NCBI RefSeq assembly: GCF_964188315.1
Contig: NC_135671.1
Coordinates: 35,774,001-35,838,000, forward strand
From: Podarcis muralis
Lineage: Eukaryota
DNA length: 64,000 nt
Direction of reading: 5' to 3'
A program made the position numbers and the translations under genes. Shown here one piece after another: positions 1 to 13,403 of the stretch. The notes under the pieces are model-generated. The model made no database searches. It had not been told where the DNA came from and worked only from the letters and a program-made list of their open reading frames with translations. Every line of letters begins with the position of its first letter. The stretch's first letter is position 1.

Positions 1-148
1 AGACCAGCAGGACAATCAGCAGGTTCCCCAGAAGGATCAACAGGTACATGGTGAGGAAGAGCAAGGCAAAGAGATGCTGATGCTCTGGCTGGGGAGAGAC
101 ATCCAGGAGAATGAACTGCAATGGGCCCGTGTGGTTCTCTTCTCCCAT
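1..148 (-). CDS. Olfactory receptor, 5' part only (runs off the window edge)
   Basis: Not in the ORF track. Reverse complement from ATG at 148 reads MGEENHTGPLQFILLDVSPQPEHQHLFALLFLTMYLLILLGNLLIV, with an N-x-T sequon, FILL and the TM1 MY-LGN motif. A splice acceptor (cttttcacag) lies 7 nt before the ATG. Confidence 0.9.
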   Translation of the reverse strand, partial: MGEENHTGPLQFILLDVSPQPEHQHLFALLFLTMYLLILLGNLLIVLLV

Positions 149-286
149 GGCTCAGCTGTGAAAAGTAAGGGAAGAGAGTCAGGCATGTACAACTTCTTGG
201 CACACCCACCAAATGGACCAAGGTGAATGTCTTAGGCTGGTGGGGGAAGGGAAGAGAGTCTTGCTCATCCATATGAGTGTCTGGAG

Positions 287-608
287 GTGGCTGGAGGATG
301 GGTGGCGGCTAATGTATTGAAGTTGAATTCCAACAAGGCAAAAGTATTGTTTCTGGGGGACGGGGTGGGCAGGTGTGGAGAACTCCCTGATCCTCAATGG
401 GGTAACTGTGCCCTGAAGGACCAGATGCACAGCCTGGGAGTCTTCTCCCAGCTATCCATGGAGTCACAGGTTAATTCTGTGTCCAGGGCGGCTGTCTACC
501 AGCTCCATCTGCTATGCAGGCTGAGACCTTACCTGCCTGTGCACTGTCTTGCCAGAGTGGTCCATGCTCTAGTTATCTCCCGCTTGGACTATTGCAATGT
601 GGTCTATA

Positions 609-610
<2 letters not shown>
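287..610 (+). mobile_element. L2-type LINE fragment (RT C-terminal region)
   Basis: LKLNSNKAKVL...LSMESQVNSVSRAAVYQLHLLCRLRPYL...HALVISRLDYCN matches the L2/CR1 post-RT motif. Confidence 0.8.
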
Positions 611-612
<2 letters not shown>

Positions 613-656
<44 letters not shown>

Positions 657-664
657 TGTGTGTG
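613..664. repeat. Compound (CT)n(GT)n microsatellite
   Basis: Seen directly. Confidence 0.95.
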
Positions 665-2426
665 GAATTACATGTGACTGGAAACAGAGTGTGCTTATGG
701 GAGGTGGGGAGTAAATGCATCCCTTTGCCATCACTAAACAACAACAGCAATCTGCATGAGATGCTCTCAGTTGTCACACCATGGATTTTCTAAACTACAT
801 TGTACCTGCTCTTGGAGAAATTATTCCTTCTCTTCAGGGTTTGTGCTAAAGCATGGAAGTGGACACATGAGGAGCTCTCAAATTAAGAGAATGAGAGAAC
901 GAATCAGACTAAAAAAGGAAGGAGAGGAGAGTAGATGGTCTACCTCATTCATCCCTTCATCTCAGGAAATGTTTCTTTTAAATCTCCTGCCATTAAGAAT
1001 CACATCCATAACAGCAGCGTCCTCAAGATACCACTCTGTCTGTCTGTAAACCTAGAAGGATCCTCCTGAGTACTTCTGAAATTTGTTGCAAGTCACCTTG
1101 TGGAAAATCTTTTAGAAATGAGACATGTGAATACGATGATAAATAAATAATCTTGGATGCTGACTGCTGCCTACCTAACAGATTCCTTCCTCTTCTTTAC
1201 TTTCTGTAGTTGCTATTAGAACACATTCTCTAAGGAAACACTGGGGGATATTTGGCATTTACATTCACAGAAGGTATTTGTGTTTGTGTGTGAAAGTAAA
1301 TTCATTTCTGCTCTACACCATAAGCCTTCTTGTTTGATCCATGTTGAGTTGATCTGCCGTTGCTCTTGTCAATATCTCAAAACGGCTGAATTACATCCTC
1401 TCTCTGCAATGGAGGACTAGTTGGGAGAGAGCAGATAGCATAAGCAAATCAACATTGTGTGGAAAGAGTTTGCAATGGAACCAAACGAAATGGATGCCTT
1501 TATAGAAAGCAGGAGAGCTCTGAGCCCCCAGCTGGAGGGTTCCAGGGCAACTACAGGGCCCAATCCCAGGTTAGCAAAGATTCCTGGCTCAAGGCAACCC
1601 AGATTTTATACAGTGCAGGTGCTCACCAGGTAAGGAATGTCCAATTTGCTCAGCAGGTTGTCATTTCAATGTGGAAGAAGTCAGATTCTAGAGGAAGTGA
1701 GCAAATGAAATGAGGTCCAGTTGTTGAAAAGGAATTGGGGTGAGCAGGGGAACGTCGTGGCATGACAATCCATTAGCACTGTGACTCAGCCAGAAATGTT
1801 GAGTTAGCGAAGCTCTCTGATGCAGACAAATGAAATGGTGTAGATTTTTCTGTCCGTCTATCGCGCAGTGTCACTGCTGATCTTGCAGTCCCTACGTTAC
1901 AAAAGAGATTTATCTTCCTTTCTTGAGTGCTAGCTGGGTTGTTGCAGCATGGAAGAGCACGCATCTGCATGGCATTGGGGTATTTTTCAGTTGAGAAGAT
2001 GCTTTATGTCTCTGAGGGACTTGTTTTATTTCCCTGTGTCAGTGGTGTCTGGCACTGTGTATCCCACAAGGAACTTGTTAACTTTGAAACAGCTCCCTTC
2101 ACTTGGGAATCCTCCAGTGCCACCACTCCTTCCACTTGAGGAATGGCCATAGGGTGTTTCAAGTGGCGTTTGCAAGCACAGATATGGCAGACTTAAGGCT
2201 TGTTGGATCTACTTTGTTGCTAGGATGCCCCCTGTCTGCCCCCGAGTATCTACCACCCAGAGACAAGAACAGAAGAGCAAGGGGCTTCTGGGCACATTCT
2301 GAGCCCTAAGAGTTGGCTTTCAGAACCAGAACTAAACTGAGCTTATGGTCTTTGACTCAAAAGTCCACCCCTGATTAGCTATCTTCATTTCAACTGTCTA
2401 ATTTAGGTGGGGAAAGTGGTTGTAGC

Positions 2427-2552
2427 CAGGGCTTTTTTTTTCCCAACCAGAACTTACCGGAACTCAGTTCTGGCACCTCTCAGGTGGGCACCATTGCCAT
2501 TTTAGGAGAACAAGGGAGTTCCGGCACCTCTTTTTCTAGAAAAATAGCATTG
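2427..2552. mobile_element. Probable hAT MITE
   Basis: Ends cagggctttttttt and aaaaatagcattg; degenerate 8-bp flanks gttgtagc/attgtaac. Confidence 0.5.
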
Positions 2553-3131
2553 ATTGTAACACTGTTGTCATTGATAAACAACTGGAAATAAGAAACACTT
2601 ATTGATCTGCTACAGGTCACCCAGATAGATTTACCAGTAGATCCCAGTATACCTTCTGTCCACCTCTGCACCAAAGAAGCAGGCAGCAGTTATATAAAAG
2701 AAAATCCTTTATTTTTATTGTTGCACTATTTACGGCATCTGCCGAAAACATTTTTGCTTAGGCAGATCGACTCACATATGTAGCTGACATGTATCTTAAT
2801 GTGTAGTTTTATCTTATGATGTATATTTCCCTCTGAATTTCTCTAATCTTTTATTACTATTTTTATTATTTCCATCCAACAGAAAAGATACCATAACAAC
2901 AGAAGAGAAATATTACACTAATCATCTCCAGTTATCTTCCGCATCAGAACTTTAAGAATCCATCATTAACACTCAGAAATACTCCATGTAACCTACAGCA
3001 ATCCAAACATTTATTCCATCTTTACACGAAAATATTTTGTCAATAATGATGATGATGATATGATTTATACCTCAGCCATCTGGCTTATATAATATTTCTT
3101 AAACATTATATAAGGTTTATGGGACTATATA

Positions 3132-3493
3132 AACGGTAAAGGTACCCCTGAACGATAGGTCCAGTCACAAACAACTCTGGGGTTGCGGCGCTCATCTTGC
3201 CTTACTGGCCAAGGGAGCCAACATTTGTCCGCAAACAGTTTTTCGGGTCATGTGGCCAGCATGACTAAGCCGCTTCTGGCAAAACCAGAGCAGCGCACAG
3301 AAATGCCATTTACCTTCCCACTGGAGTGGTACCTATTTATCTACTTGCACTTTGGCGTGCTTTCGAACTGCTAGGTGGGCAGGACCTGGGACCGAACAAT
3401 GGGAGCTCACCCCGTTGTGGGGATTCAAACCGCTGACCTTCCGATCGGCAAGCCCTAGGCTCAGTGGTTTAGATCACAGCACCACCCGCATCC
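3132..3493 (-). mobile_element. Sauria SINE (lacertid type)
   Basis: tRNA-like head, body homologous to four other copies in the window, (TTTACC)n tail, 14-bp TSD tatgggactatata/tatggggctatata. Confidence 0.9.
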
Positions 3494-4344
3494 TATGGGG
3501 CTATATAGTAATAACAAATTTAACATATCATATGGTATTGGGGTTATACATTGTCCCCCTTTCAATACTGTTAGTTTCTGCAAAAGTTTTGGGGCTGGCA
3601 TACTGCTTCATTTCCATTTCCATGCCACCAATTTTCCAGGGATATTTTTGTTCTGCTTTTGTATTGCTGTAGTGCAAGAGCGACCCTCTGGATGGCAATA
3701 ATGCAGTAACACTGGGGGAGCATGTTGTGTGGAGGGTTCAGTATCTATCCACTACTTATGCACTATTCCTGCCTGAGTGATATTTTGCAGAATGCATATG
3801 CAGCCTCCCTCCCCACCTAAAGCTTCTTGGTACCAGGCTATAGAGTTGGGAGTATCCTATACCTGGGCCTGGGAGGATGTGCATCATGGAATAGGTCCCT
3901 TTGAGAGACTGTGGAAGTTCAGTTGTGAGTTCATTTTCTTTCTGGCCTGTATCTGTGTAGTTCAGAGTTCAGCTCTGTGAAGAGGGAAATGTGGATTCTG
4001 TTCCCATATCAGGGCCTTCTGCTGGCTAGAGGCTACACTCACTGATCTGTCCGTAAACACAGAGAGTTCCTCTGTGGTGGATGTCCTTTCTCAGTGGAGA
4101 AGCACCTTCACTTCTCTCCAGTCTAGGCCTCTCCCCTCTGCCAGTGGACCTGAGGGTTAGGATTGCTCTGTCATGTGTTTTACTATTACTGTAAGTCACC
4201 TTGTGGATGTAAATAAAGAACGAATTATATTATGAATTCATTTATTATAACAGTTTTTATATATCAGTCTTTAACACAATTCACAACAGTGGTTTACAAT
4301 AAAATTCAATTAACTAAAATCACTATACATAAGTAACTAATACG

Positions 4345-4874
4345 ACATATGACCTGGGACCCTTGTACCTACGGGACTGCCTCTCCTGGTATGCCCCATG
4401 GAGGACCTTATGGTCCACAAACAATAACATCTTGAAGGTCCTGGGCCTCAAGGAGGTTAGACTGGCCTCAACTAGAGCCAGGGCCTTTTGGGCCCTGGCC
4501 CCAGTCTGGTGGAACGCCCTGCCACAAGAGACTAGGGCCCTGCAGGACTTGACATCTTTCCGCAGGACAGAGCTGTTCCGCCTGGCCTTTGGTCGGGGCT
4601 CAGTCTGACCCCTCTCCTTTTACAAGACCCTGCATATAAGCGGTCTCTCTAACTCTTCTCACCGGCTCATACAAATAGCTGAGCCTGGTGAGTACTTAAG
4701 GTTCCCAACCCCATAGTTATAGTTATAATTTGCGGGTAGCCGTCTGATCTTATTTTGATTTTAATCCAATTTTAAGCTGTATTCAGTTGATTGCTGAATT
4801 TTATGTCTTAATGTATTATATATTTTGATGTTAGCCACCCAGAGCCTGGTTCTGGCCGGGGAGGGCGGGGTATA

Positions 4875-4928
<54 letters not shown>

Positions 4929-4946
4929 AATAAATAAATAAATAAA
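4345..4946 (+). mobile_element. L2 LINE 3' fragment with (TAA)n/(AAAT)n tail
   Basis: STRARAFWALAPVWWNALPQETRAL is an L2 ORF2 C-terminal motif; microsatellite at 4874-4946. Confidence 0.7.
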
Positions 4947-5792
4947 AATTTATTATTATTCAGAATTACAGCTCAAGCAGCATAAAAAGGTAATAAATGC
5001 CATCAAACAGAGATGGGGAACCCCTGGCCATCCAGATGTTGCTGGACTGCAACTTCCACCAGCCCCAGACAGCATGGACAATGGTCAGGGGTGAGCAGAG
5101 TTTTTGGTTGTTCGTTGTTGATGTCCATCTGTCTTGAGCGACAATGGAAACAGTGCCTCTGGGGCTGAAATCAAACCTCTGCATTAGCAACACCGAATGG
5201 ACCTCCTCGGGTCACAAGACTGGGCAGTGTGTCTGGAGGTTCTGGGCTGCCCAGACAACAAGACCCCACTTTCAGCCTCGCTGATGTGGTCCAAAGGAAA
5301 GCAGAGCAATATGTTTGGCACCAACTTGGCTGCAGGAGTGGCTAGAAGGAGACACACAAGGCATCTTAGGAACTCCTCTCTGGATTTTGTAGGGTTTACT
5401 CCTTAGCATTTTCTTCTCCCAAAGATGCCCTGCAAGGCAATGGAGGTTTAGGACCAGAGTTTTCCTTCTCCTAAGTGGGTTACTTTCCCAGGTTGATGAT
5501 CCTCAACTGCCCTCAATTCCTGCATTGCAGGGGGTTGGACTAGAGGAACTCTGTGATTCTATTATTCTCACTTCCCTCTACAGCATGTTCAGAAAACACC
5601 TTCTTGACTGTTGGACCCACTATTGGTCTCATCTGCTCAATCCCACTGTAGTCCCCCCCCATAGAAATGTAGACTAGGACTTCATAGCGTTGCACCACAG
5701 AAAAATGGCTGCCTCTCAGCTGCAGTTGTGAAGGCCCATGAAAGTGAGTACAAAGGGAAGCTGCTATGTGGCAAAAAGCACTCTGAACTGTT

Positions 5793-6747
5793 TCAGTGCC
5801 TTCTTCTCCATGTGATATATTCTTTGAAGGACCATTTCATGCCATTCATAGGTCCCCCAAGCTTCAGAAACCAAGCCCTCCAGAATCTCCTTGTGACCTT
5901 CTGCATCTCATTGTTCCTCAAGTTGTATATGAAAGGATTGAGCACAGGGGTGACCGCAGTATGGAATATAGATGCCACTTTCGATCTGGAGCCAGAGTAG
6001 GTAGACGATGGGCAGGTGTAGGTGCCTATCAGGTTGCCATAGTACAAGGCCGCAGTGGTGAGCTGGGCGCTGCAAATGGAGAAGGCCTTGTACCTCCCAG
6101 AGGTTGATGGGACCTTCAACACCTTGGGTACAGTGAAGATGTAGGAGAAGAGGATGAGAGGTCCAAGAGCAGCTGTGGTACCTTCGCTGACCAGCAGCAT
6201 TTCAACATAGGAAGTATCTGAGCAGCTTCAATAAAGGGTAGAGGGTCACAGAAGAAATGGGGTTTTTTTTGAGACGCACAAAAGGTGAAGCCAGATACCT
6301 AAAGAACATACAACAGAGAGTGGGCATGTGCCAGGAGCCAAGACCCAGCAGTCAACAGCAGCCAGTGCATATAGTGGTGTCACGTAGTAGGTGGCAAATG
6401 GCCACATAGCGGTCTCATGCCATGGAGGCCACAATGAAGTTATCTGTGGTGCAAGAGAGCAAAAAGAAGTACCGCTGGGCCAGGCAGCCGCTATAGGTGT
6501 GTGTCTGAGCCAGCAAGATCGGAAGCATTTTAGGTACTGTGGTGGAGATGATTCCTAGATCAGTCAATGACCGATGTTTGAAGAAGAAATACACGTGGGC
6601 ACACAAAAGGCTGGTGTTGGAGAAGATCAGCAAGAAAATCAAGAGGCTCCCCAGAAGCCCAAGGAGAGGAAAATGGGGAAGAGGAGTCCCTGGAAGTCCA
6701 GTGCAGATGAGAGACCCAGCAGGATGAGTAAGGTCAGTTTGTTCCAT
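5793..6747 (-). pseudogene. Olfactory receptor pseudogene, decayed paralog of 7592-8560
   Basis: OR motifs (PKML, KAFSIC, TPVLNPFIYNLRN) are split across frames; there are several frameshifts/deletions and MAYDRY is destroyed. Confidence 0.92.
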
Positions 6748-7591
6748 GGGTCTAAAAAGAATGTGAATGCATTCTTATTCATATATCAGTCCTGCATTTA
6801 ATCTAGATGCATAGATCCATTTGGGGGTGGATAAGAAGAAATACATTTCTTTACTTAAAGCATTTGATATGCCAGCCTTCTGTTGAAAGGAATCTTGCAA
6901 CCTAACTATTAAAAATAGTTAAATATTAAATTATTAATTAAATAATTAAAAATAATCAGCACACAGCACTGGAATGCCTGTATCTTTAAGAAGATTTTAA
7001 AGGTATATTAAAAGACCTGGGGGAATTTTAAATGTTCTTCATCTGGCAGTGAAGAACAGAGGCACACTGAAAGCTGCCTGATACCATCTCAGCCCAATCG
7101 TCCAGAGAACTCAGTCCTGCTGACATGGACTGACAGCAGCCCTACCTGGAGGTGCCTCGGATTGAATTTGGGACTGTTTGCAAGCAAAGCAGTTGCTCTA
7201 CCTCCAAGCTAAGGCGCCTCCCCTAAATATTTGTCAACCAGGCAAGTCTCTCTTTGAAGAGAAGTGTGTGGCCACCACAGAAAAGGCTCGTTCCTGAGTT
7301 GTTACATGTCTAACGTCTGAAAGTGAGGGCACAGAAAATGACCTCAGTATTCAGGAAAGTTCCCATGGAGCAAGCAGCCTTTCTTTTAGACACCTCTAAA
7401 TAGGGCTTTGAAGGTTACACTTTGAATTGTACTCAGAAGCAGTTCAGCAACTACAGCATAAATTTAGCTGGAGCAAATATTGTGGTTTTATATATGTAGC
7501 AAATGGCTGAAAAGCTAGATAAAAGTTGGCATCTTCCCACTGATTGCCCTCTTTGTTGGTTTTCCAAACTGGTGCATGGCTGAGTCTTTAA

Positions 7592-8560
7592 TCATCTCAT
7601 ATCCTCTATGCCTCTTGTCCTCTGAAACCAAAGCCTTAGTAGCCTTCTCATTGCCTCGTGCATCTCAGTGTTCCTCAGGCTATATATGAAAGGATTGAGC
7701 ATCGGCGTCACCACCGTATAGAATATAGAAGCCACTTTCAATCTGGAACCAGAGTAGGTGGACGAGGGGCGGATGTAGGTGCCCATCAGGCTGCCATAGA
7801 ATATGGCCACAGTGGTGAGGTGGGCGCCGCAAGTGGAGAAGGCCTTATACTTCCCAGAAGCTGATGGAACCTTCAAAACCATTGATAAAATGAAGAGGTA
7901 GGAGAGGAGAATGAGTAGGAGAGGTCCAAGCATTGTTGCTGTGCCTTCAATCATGAGCAGTGTTTCAGCTGATGAGGTGTCTGAGCAGGAGAGCTTGAGC
8001 AAAGGGTGCATGTCGCAGAAGAAATGGGGGATTTCTCGGGAGCCACAGAAGGAAAGTTTAGAGATCGTAGATATATACAGTATTCCCTGGGAAAAAGACA
8101 GGAGCCAAGACCCAGAAGCCAACAGCAGGCAGCGCTTGTAGCTCATGATGGTCGTGTAATGTAGTGGGTGGCAGATGGCCACGTAGCGGTCATATGCCAT
8201 GGAGGCCAAGAGGAAGTTATCTGTGGTGCAGAAGACCACAAAGAAATACAGTTGGGCCAGGCAGCCGTTGTAGGAGATGGTGTTTGATTGAGAAACCAAG
8301 GTGTGCAGCATCTTGGGCACAGCGTTGGAGCTGAATCCTAGGTCAGCCAAGGACAGGTGGCTGAGGAAGAAGTACATGGGGGCATAGAAGAGAGAGCTGT
8401 TGGAGAAGATCAGGACGATGATCAAGAGGTTCCCCAGAAGGCTAATTAGGTACATAAAGAGGAAGATGGGAAAGAGGAGCCCCCCAAACTCTGGCACAGA
8501 GGAGAGGCCCAGGAGGATGAATCCAGCAAAGCTGGTTTGGTTGTCTTGTCCCTTTTCCAT
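7592..8560 (-). CDS. Olfactory receptor, class II family-1-like, intact (322 aa)
   Basis: NQT sequon, [39 protein letters not shown]; acceptor ctctcagcag just upstream of the ATG. Confidence 0.97.
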   Translation of the reverse strand: MEKGQDNQTSFAGFILLGLSSVPEFGGLLFPIFLFMYLISLLGNLLIIVLIFSNSSLFYAPMYFFLSHLSLADLGFSSNAVPKMLHTLVSQSNTISYNGCLAQLYFFVVFCTTDNFLLASMAYDRYVAICHPLHYTTIMSYKRCLLLASGSWLLSFSQGILYISTISKLSFCGSREIPHFFCDMHPLLKLSCSDTSSAETLLMIEGTATMLGPLLLILLSYLFILSMVLKVPSASGKYKAFSTCGAHLTTVAIFYGSLMGTYIRPSSTYSGSRLKVASIFYTVVTPMLNPFIYSLRNTEMHEAMRRLLRLWFQRTRGIEDMR

Positions 8561-9302
8561 GGCTCTGCTGAGAGTGGGAATAAAAGAAATGGAATCATGT
8601 TCTTATCTACACCCAGGTTCTATACTTCATCTTATGCAATAATAAAATAAATAAATCTAGTTTCAAAGATGATAGGTGCAGGGGCAGAGAAGGGGAAACA
8701 GTGACCATCTTATTATATTATAATCAAGCAGACAAATTGGGCTTCCTCTCTTCCTTGGTGCCCTTTGGATAATTATGGCCTATTAAACAGGGAGGCTATT
8801 GCTTTTGTTTATTACTGTGTTGTGCGTTTTTGTGTTTCTATACTGTAAACTGCCCTGTGATCCTTGGATGAAGAGAGGTACAGAAATTTAATAAATGAAT
8901 AAAAGAATAGGCTGGCTTTATTCAGGATCTGCTGGTTTTGCACTGACTCCTTAACTACGAACCTTCTACTCCTTCCTCACAAGAATTCCAATGCTGCAAT
9001 CCTGTACCCGCTTACCTGGGAGTAAACTCCATTAAATACAAAGAGCCTTACTTCTGAATAGGCGTGCAGACCATTGTACTGTAGGGACTCAGCTGTACAG
9101 CTGCAAATAAACGTTTTAAGTATGTTTTAAGTGCAACATACAATGTGACACTAGATGCCAATGGTGAGCCTTATGGGAAATTCAATGTATTTTTAAAAAA
9201 TGCTTAAAGAAACATTTCCAAACCAGTTTTTATATTTGGCTATATTCCACCTAGGTTAACTATAGACTGTATTTTTAATGACTGCTTGGATTTCAGCTTC
9301 TT

Positions 9303-9552
9303 ACTGTGTAGTGTAGTGGTTAAGAGCGGTAGTCTCGTAATCTGGTGAACCGGGTTCGCTTCCCCGCTCTTCCACATGCAGCTGCTGGGTGACCTTGGGC
9401 CAGTCACACTTCTTTGAAGTCTCTCAGCCCCACTCACCCCACAGAGTGTTTGTTGTGGGGGAGGAAGGGAAAGGAGAATGTGAGCCGCTTTGAGACTCCT
9501 TAAAGGGAGTGAAAGGTGGGATATCAAATCCAAACTCTTCTTCTTCTTCTTC
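9303..9552 (+). mobile_element. Squam3-like tRNA-derived SINE
   Basis: A box (gtgtagtggttaag), B box (gggttcgcttcccc), (CTT)n tail; homologous to 56316-56597. Confidence 0.8.
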
Positions 9553-9701
9553 TGGTAGCATTTGAAGAAAACAGTATGTAGGGAGTACCTTCTCTCAGAT
9601 TAAACTACCAGAGGAAAGATATGTCTTGGTTGTTAGGAAGAAAGGGAGGGGGGAAGTGGGGAAGTTAGTAGGTCTTCAGGTTTACAGAGACTCTAAGTAC
9701 T

Positions 9702-9758
<57 letters not shown>
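9702..9758. repeat. (GAAA)n microsatellite
   Basis: Seen directly. Confidence 0.95.
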
Positions 9759-9759
<1 letters not shown>

Positions 9760-10357
9760 GTTCACTAAAGGGGAGGGGATAACAGCAGCTCCTTCTGATA
9801 CCAGAGATTTCTCTAGCCTGGTGTCCAAATAACTGAATCACAGTTCTGATTTCACTCATGGCTAAAAAATTCTGAAAGTTGGCCTCTTCCCCCACCTCTT
9901 ATGTGCATCCCTTTACATTTACTTACGTTGAACTGCATTTGCCACTTGGTTGCACATCTGCCAGTCAGCCTCCCTGAGTTTGAAAATGGAATTCATTATT
10001 TACCTCTGCACTCACCCAAAATAATGGTTGTTTCCTGCAAACAGTGCTGCTGGGGTCAAGTACAGTACCAGGGAGATTAATGTTGGGGAAATAGTGTCCA
10101 GATCAGAAACACTTTCTGGATTAGGCTCTGTGCAGCTGCTCCACCACCCCACCCGGCCGCTTTTTTCCAAAATGAAAATGGCCAGATTATGAACACATAT
10201 TTAAAAGAATACACAATATCTAATTTTCCCCAGAGACAACGGCAAAATGACATTCAGAGGGATACCTGGGCATCTTGAAAAAGGCATTTATGAAAAAGCT
10301 CAGCAGTTTCTAAAATAAGGTTCCTGCATCTATCCTGTTCCTTTTGGAGCTGTATAG

Positions 10358-10489
10358 CAGGGATGAGGAGCCTGTGGCTCTCCAGATGCTGTTGGACGTC
10401 ATCTCCCGTTAGCCCCAGACAGTATGCCCAAGCATGAGAGATGATGGCAGTCCAGAAACACCTGGAGGACCACAGGGTCACCATCTCTG
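10358..10489. mobile_element. hAT MITE
   Basis: TIRs cagggatg/catctctg; 8-bp TSD ctgtatag/ctgtatcg. Confidence 0.75.
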
Positions 10490-11769
10490 CTGTATCGTGT
10501 CACCTGTGCAGCATCAATCACCACCCTGGAAACATAGCAGAATATTACCTACAAGGTTCAGACTCACCTTGTTGAATCTTGGTAGTTTGACAAAGGGATA
10601 GTAATGACGATGATGATAAAATGCTTTCTGCTTTCCTATATGGAGGGAAAGCAATGGGAGATTGTGCAACTAGCTTAAGGCCGCAATCAGCATAAAACAG
10701 GACCTTTAGATTTCAATGTGAAATTAATGAACTGATGGGAAGCAGGCATTCCTGTGAGAAAATAAGTCAGAGAACAGAGGATAAATGTAATCAACTGCTG
10801 ATCATGCCAAATGGTAATGAAAATCCCAGCTATGCTTGCAAAGTTGAAAGGGCAAAAACGACTTGCATACCTGGACATTGGTTTCACTGAAGTAAATAAA
10901 CTGAAGCAGCAGCAAAGAAGAGCATATAAACTTTGTATCAAACTGGAGAGCATTTCAATGGCATGGGCTTTGGTTGCCAAGGACAAAAGCATCAGGAGAG
11001 CATAACTCCACAGGGAAGTTGTTAATCAAAATTAGAGCACCGCACTGCAGGTTCTGTGGTATGAAATTTCCAAGTCCCTCCATACAGCCATCAGGAGATT
11101 TTCCAACCCAACTTTTACTCACTTTTCCACTTTAGTGAAAGATAACTTATGACACAAGTCCTCAGCCTTTGGGGGCCTGGGAGCATAGCTGGAAATCTAA
11201 GAAACTGTTATGGGCACCAGAAAATACCCTTTTCACAGAAGAGAAACTGGCAAGTCTCAGAACAGCCCCCTCCAAATAGGCAAAACACCCCCCCCCAAAC
11301 AAACACCAACAAATAAAAAGCAGAAAACATCCTCCCACGAAAAACCCCCAGACAAGGCTCCCATATCAAATAACTCCCATCCAAAAAACCCAAAATTTAT
11401 TTTTAAAAACATGGGAGGGGCATGGGGTCTTGTTTGTGAGGGTACTATGATGCCCACAGCCACATTGGGGACCCCAGACATACGCCATACCTAAGGATGA
11501 GCTTTCAGAAGAAATTTCAGAAAATAATACAATGCATGATCTTCCAAGTCATCTTTACAACAAACCTATAAGTAGGTTGGTTTTATTATTATTCCCGTGT
11601 TTGCAGATCAGGGACTGAGACAAAGGCCAGTCATGCACATTCCAATCTTTGCCTGTTAGGTAGATTTGTTTGTGCAATGTTTTCTTCAGTTTGGGGTCGG
11701 TGTGTTTTACCAACATGGAGGATATAGGGTGGTGAGCTTTGTGAAACCTCTACTTAATCCATAAGGCTT

Positions 11770-12625
11770 GACAGGGTAGAACTGATTGACAAGGTGGAAG
11801 TACTGGGAACCTTGGGAGGAAGTCAGCTTGCTGTTGATGCCTGGAAAGGTCCCAGAACAAATAATTAAACAGTTGGTCTGTGAGCACTTGAAAAAAGAGG
11901 CAGTGATTACTAAGATCCAACATGGGTTTCTCAAAAACAAATCATGGTACATGAATCTCATTTCTTCTTCTTTTTGATAGTACTGCAGGGTTGATGGAAT
12001 GCTGTTGGTGCAGTGCTCCTTGATTTCAGTAAGGCTGAAATTTCTGTGTAAAATAGCAATAAAAAATAAGGAAAAGCTGTAAAAAAATAGATAATATAAA
12101 AAGAATAAAGTAATAATTATAAGTACATTCGATAACAGAAATGGTAAATACATTGGGAGCTGACGGGAAGTCTTTTGTATCATAAGAATGTATGGTGAAA
12201 GGGATTGTATAGGATTAAATTAGTTTTTATTTGTATATTCAATACACAAGATTGTTTTTGTTATTAATCAGTTTCAATAAAGCATTAAAAAAAATGATAT
12301 GCTTGTGGATTTTGTAGCTGATTGACTGACCGAACCCAAAGAATACTCATTAATGGTTTCTTGTCTTCCTGGAAAAAAAGTTGCAAGTGGGATGCTCCAG
12401 GATTCTGTCCTGGTCCTGCTGTTGTTCAACGTCTTTATCAATGACTTGGATGAAGGAATTGAGGGGATGCTCATCACATTCGCAGATGACACCAAACTGG
12501 GAGGGGTAGCGAATGCTGCAGAAGACAGAATCAGGATTCAAGATGGCCTTAACAGTTTTGAAAAATGTAAGATTCTACACTTAGGTGGGAATAACCAGCT
12601 GCACAATTATAAAATTTGGACATAT
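11770..12625 (+). mobile_element. Degraded CR1 LINE RT fragments, interrupted by AT-rich sequence (about 12040-12330)
   Basis: VITKIQHGFLKNKS and LFNVFINDLDEGIEGMLITFADDTKLGG are CR1 RT motifs. Confidence 0.85.
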
Positions 12626-13403
12626 TAGACCTGGCATGTGTCTAACTCTGGCTAATGTGCCAACTTTCCTTTTATGTATTTGCTAATGTGCAAATTGAAT
12701 AAGCTCCACCCCACCCCCAGTACAGACACAAGAGCTATCCAGAATCACATCTGATCAGCCCGGACACCAGAGCCGTCTTTCCTATTGGGCTTACTGGCGT
12801 GTTGCGCCAGGGCGCTGGCCTCTCAGGGGTGCCCCAGCGAGTGGGGGAGCTGTGTGGCTTTGCCGACGGCCTCCCCTTTCCCAGCATGCCCACCAGCTGT
12901 GCCCCGTCAACCATATGGCTGGCGGGCATGCAGCTTCCTTCCCAAGCCTCCGCGGGAGGAGAGCAACTCTGGGAAACGGGGGGAGGGGGCCACCAGAGGG
13001 ATCTTTGAACCACGGCGCTGGATATGCTTAAGACGGCCCTGCCAGACATGGAGGTCCAGCTCTGAGGGTCTTCTGGCGGTTCCCTCATTGTGAGAAATGA
13101 AGTTACAGGGAACCTAGCAGGGGGCCTTCTGAGTAGTGGTGCCGACCTTGTGGAACTCCTGTCAGATGTCAAAAAGATAAATAATTCTACAATCTTCCAT
13201 AGACACCTGAAGGCAGCCTTGTATCGGGAAGCGTTTAATGTGTGATGTCCTGATATTCAAAACTTGCCACACACACTCCAGGTGCAAGATGTTCACACTA
13301 GGGCTGGCCCACCCATGAAGCAAAGTGAGGCGATTGCCTCAGGCAGTAGGATCCACAGGGAGGCAGATCTGGCCTCCAATGAATGAATTGGCCACTGCTG
13401 CTC

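Noticed and set aside
5140-5510. Sequence resembling an RTE-related non-autonomous repeat
   Set aside because: No TSD, coding motif or second copy in the window to support it.
12735-13172. GC-rich segment with several overlapping ORFs; one minus frame has IWLTGHS, faintly like DIRS/Ngaro SGNH hydrolase motifs
   Set aside because: The similarity is a few residues and does not continue. Probably TE-derived, but I cannot assign it.
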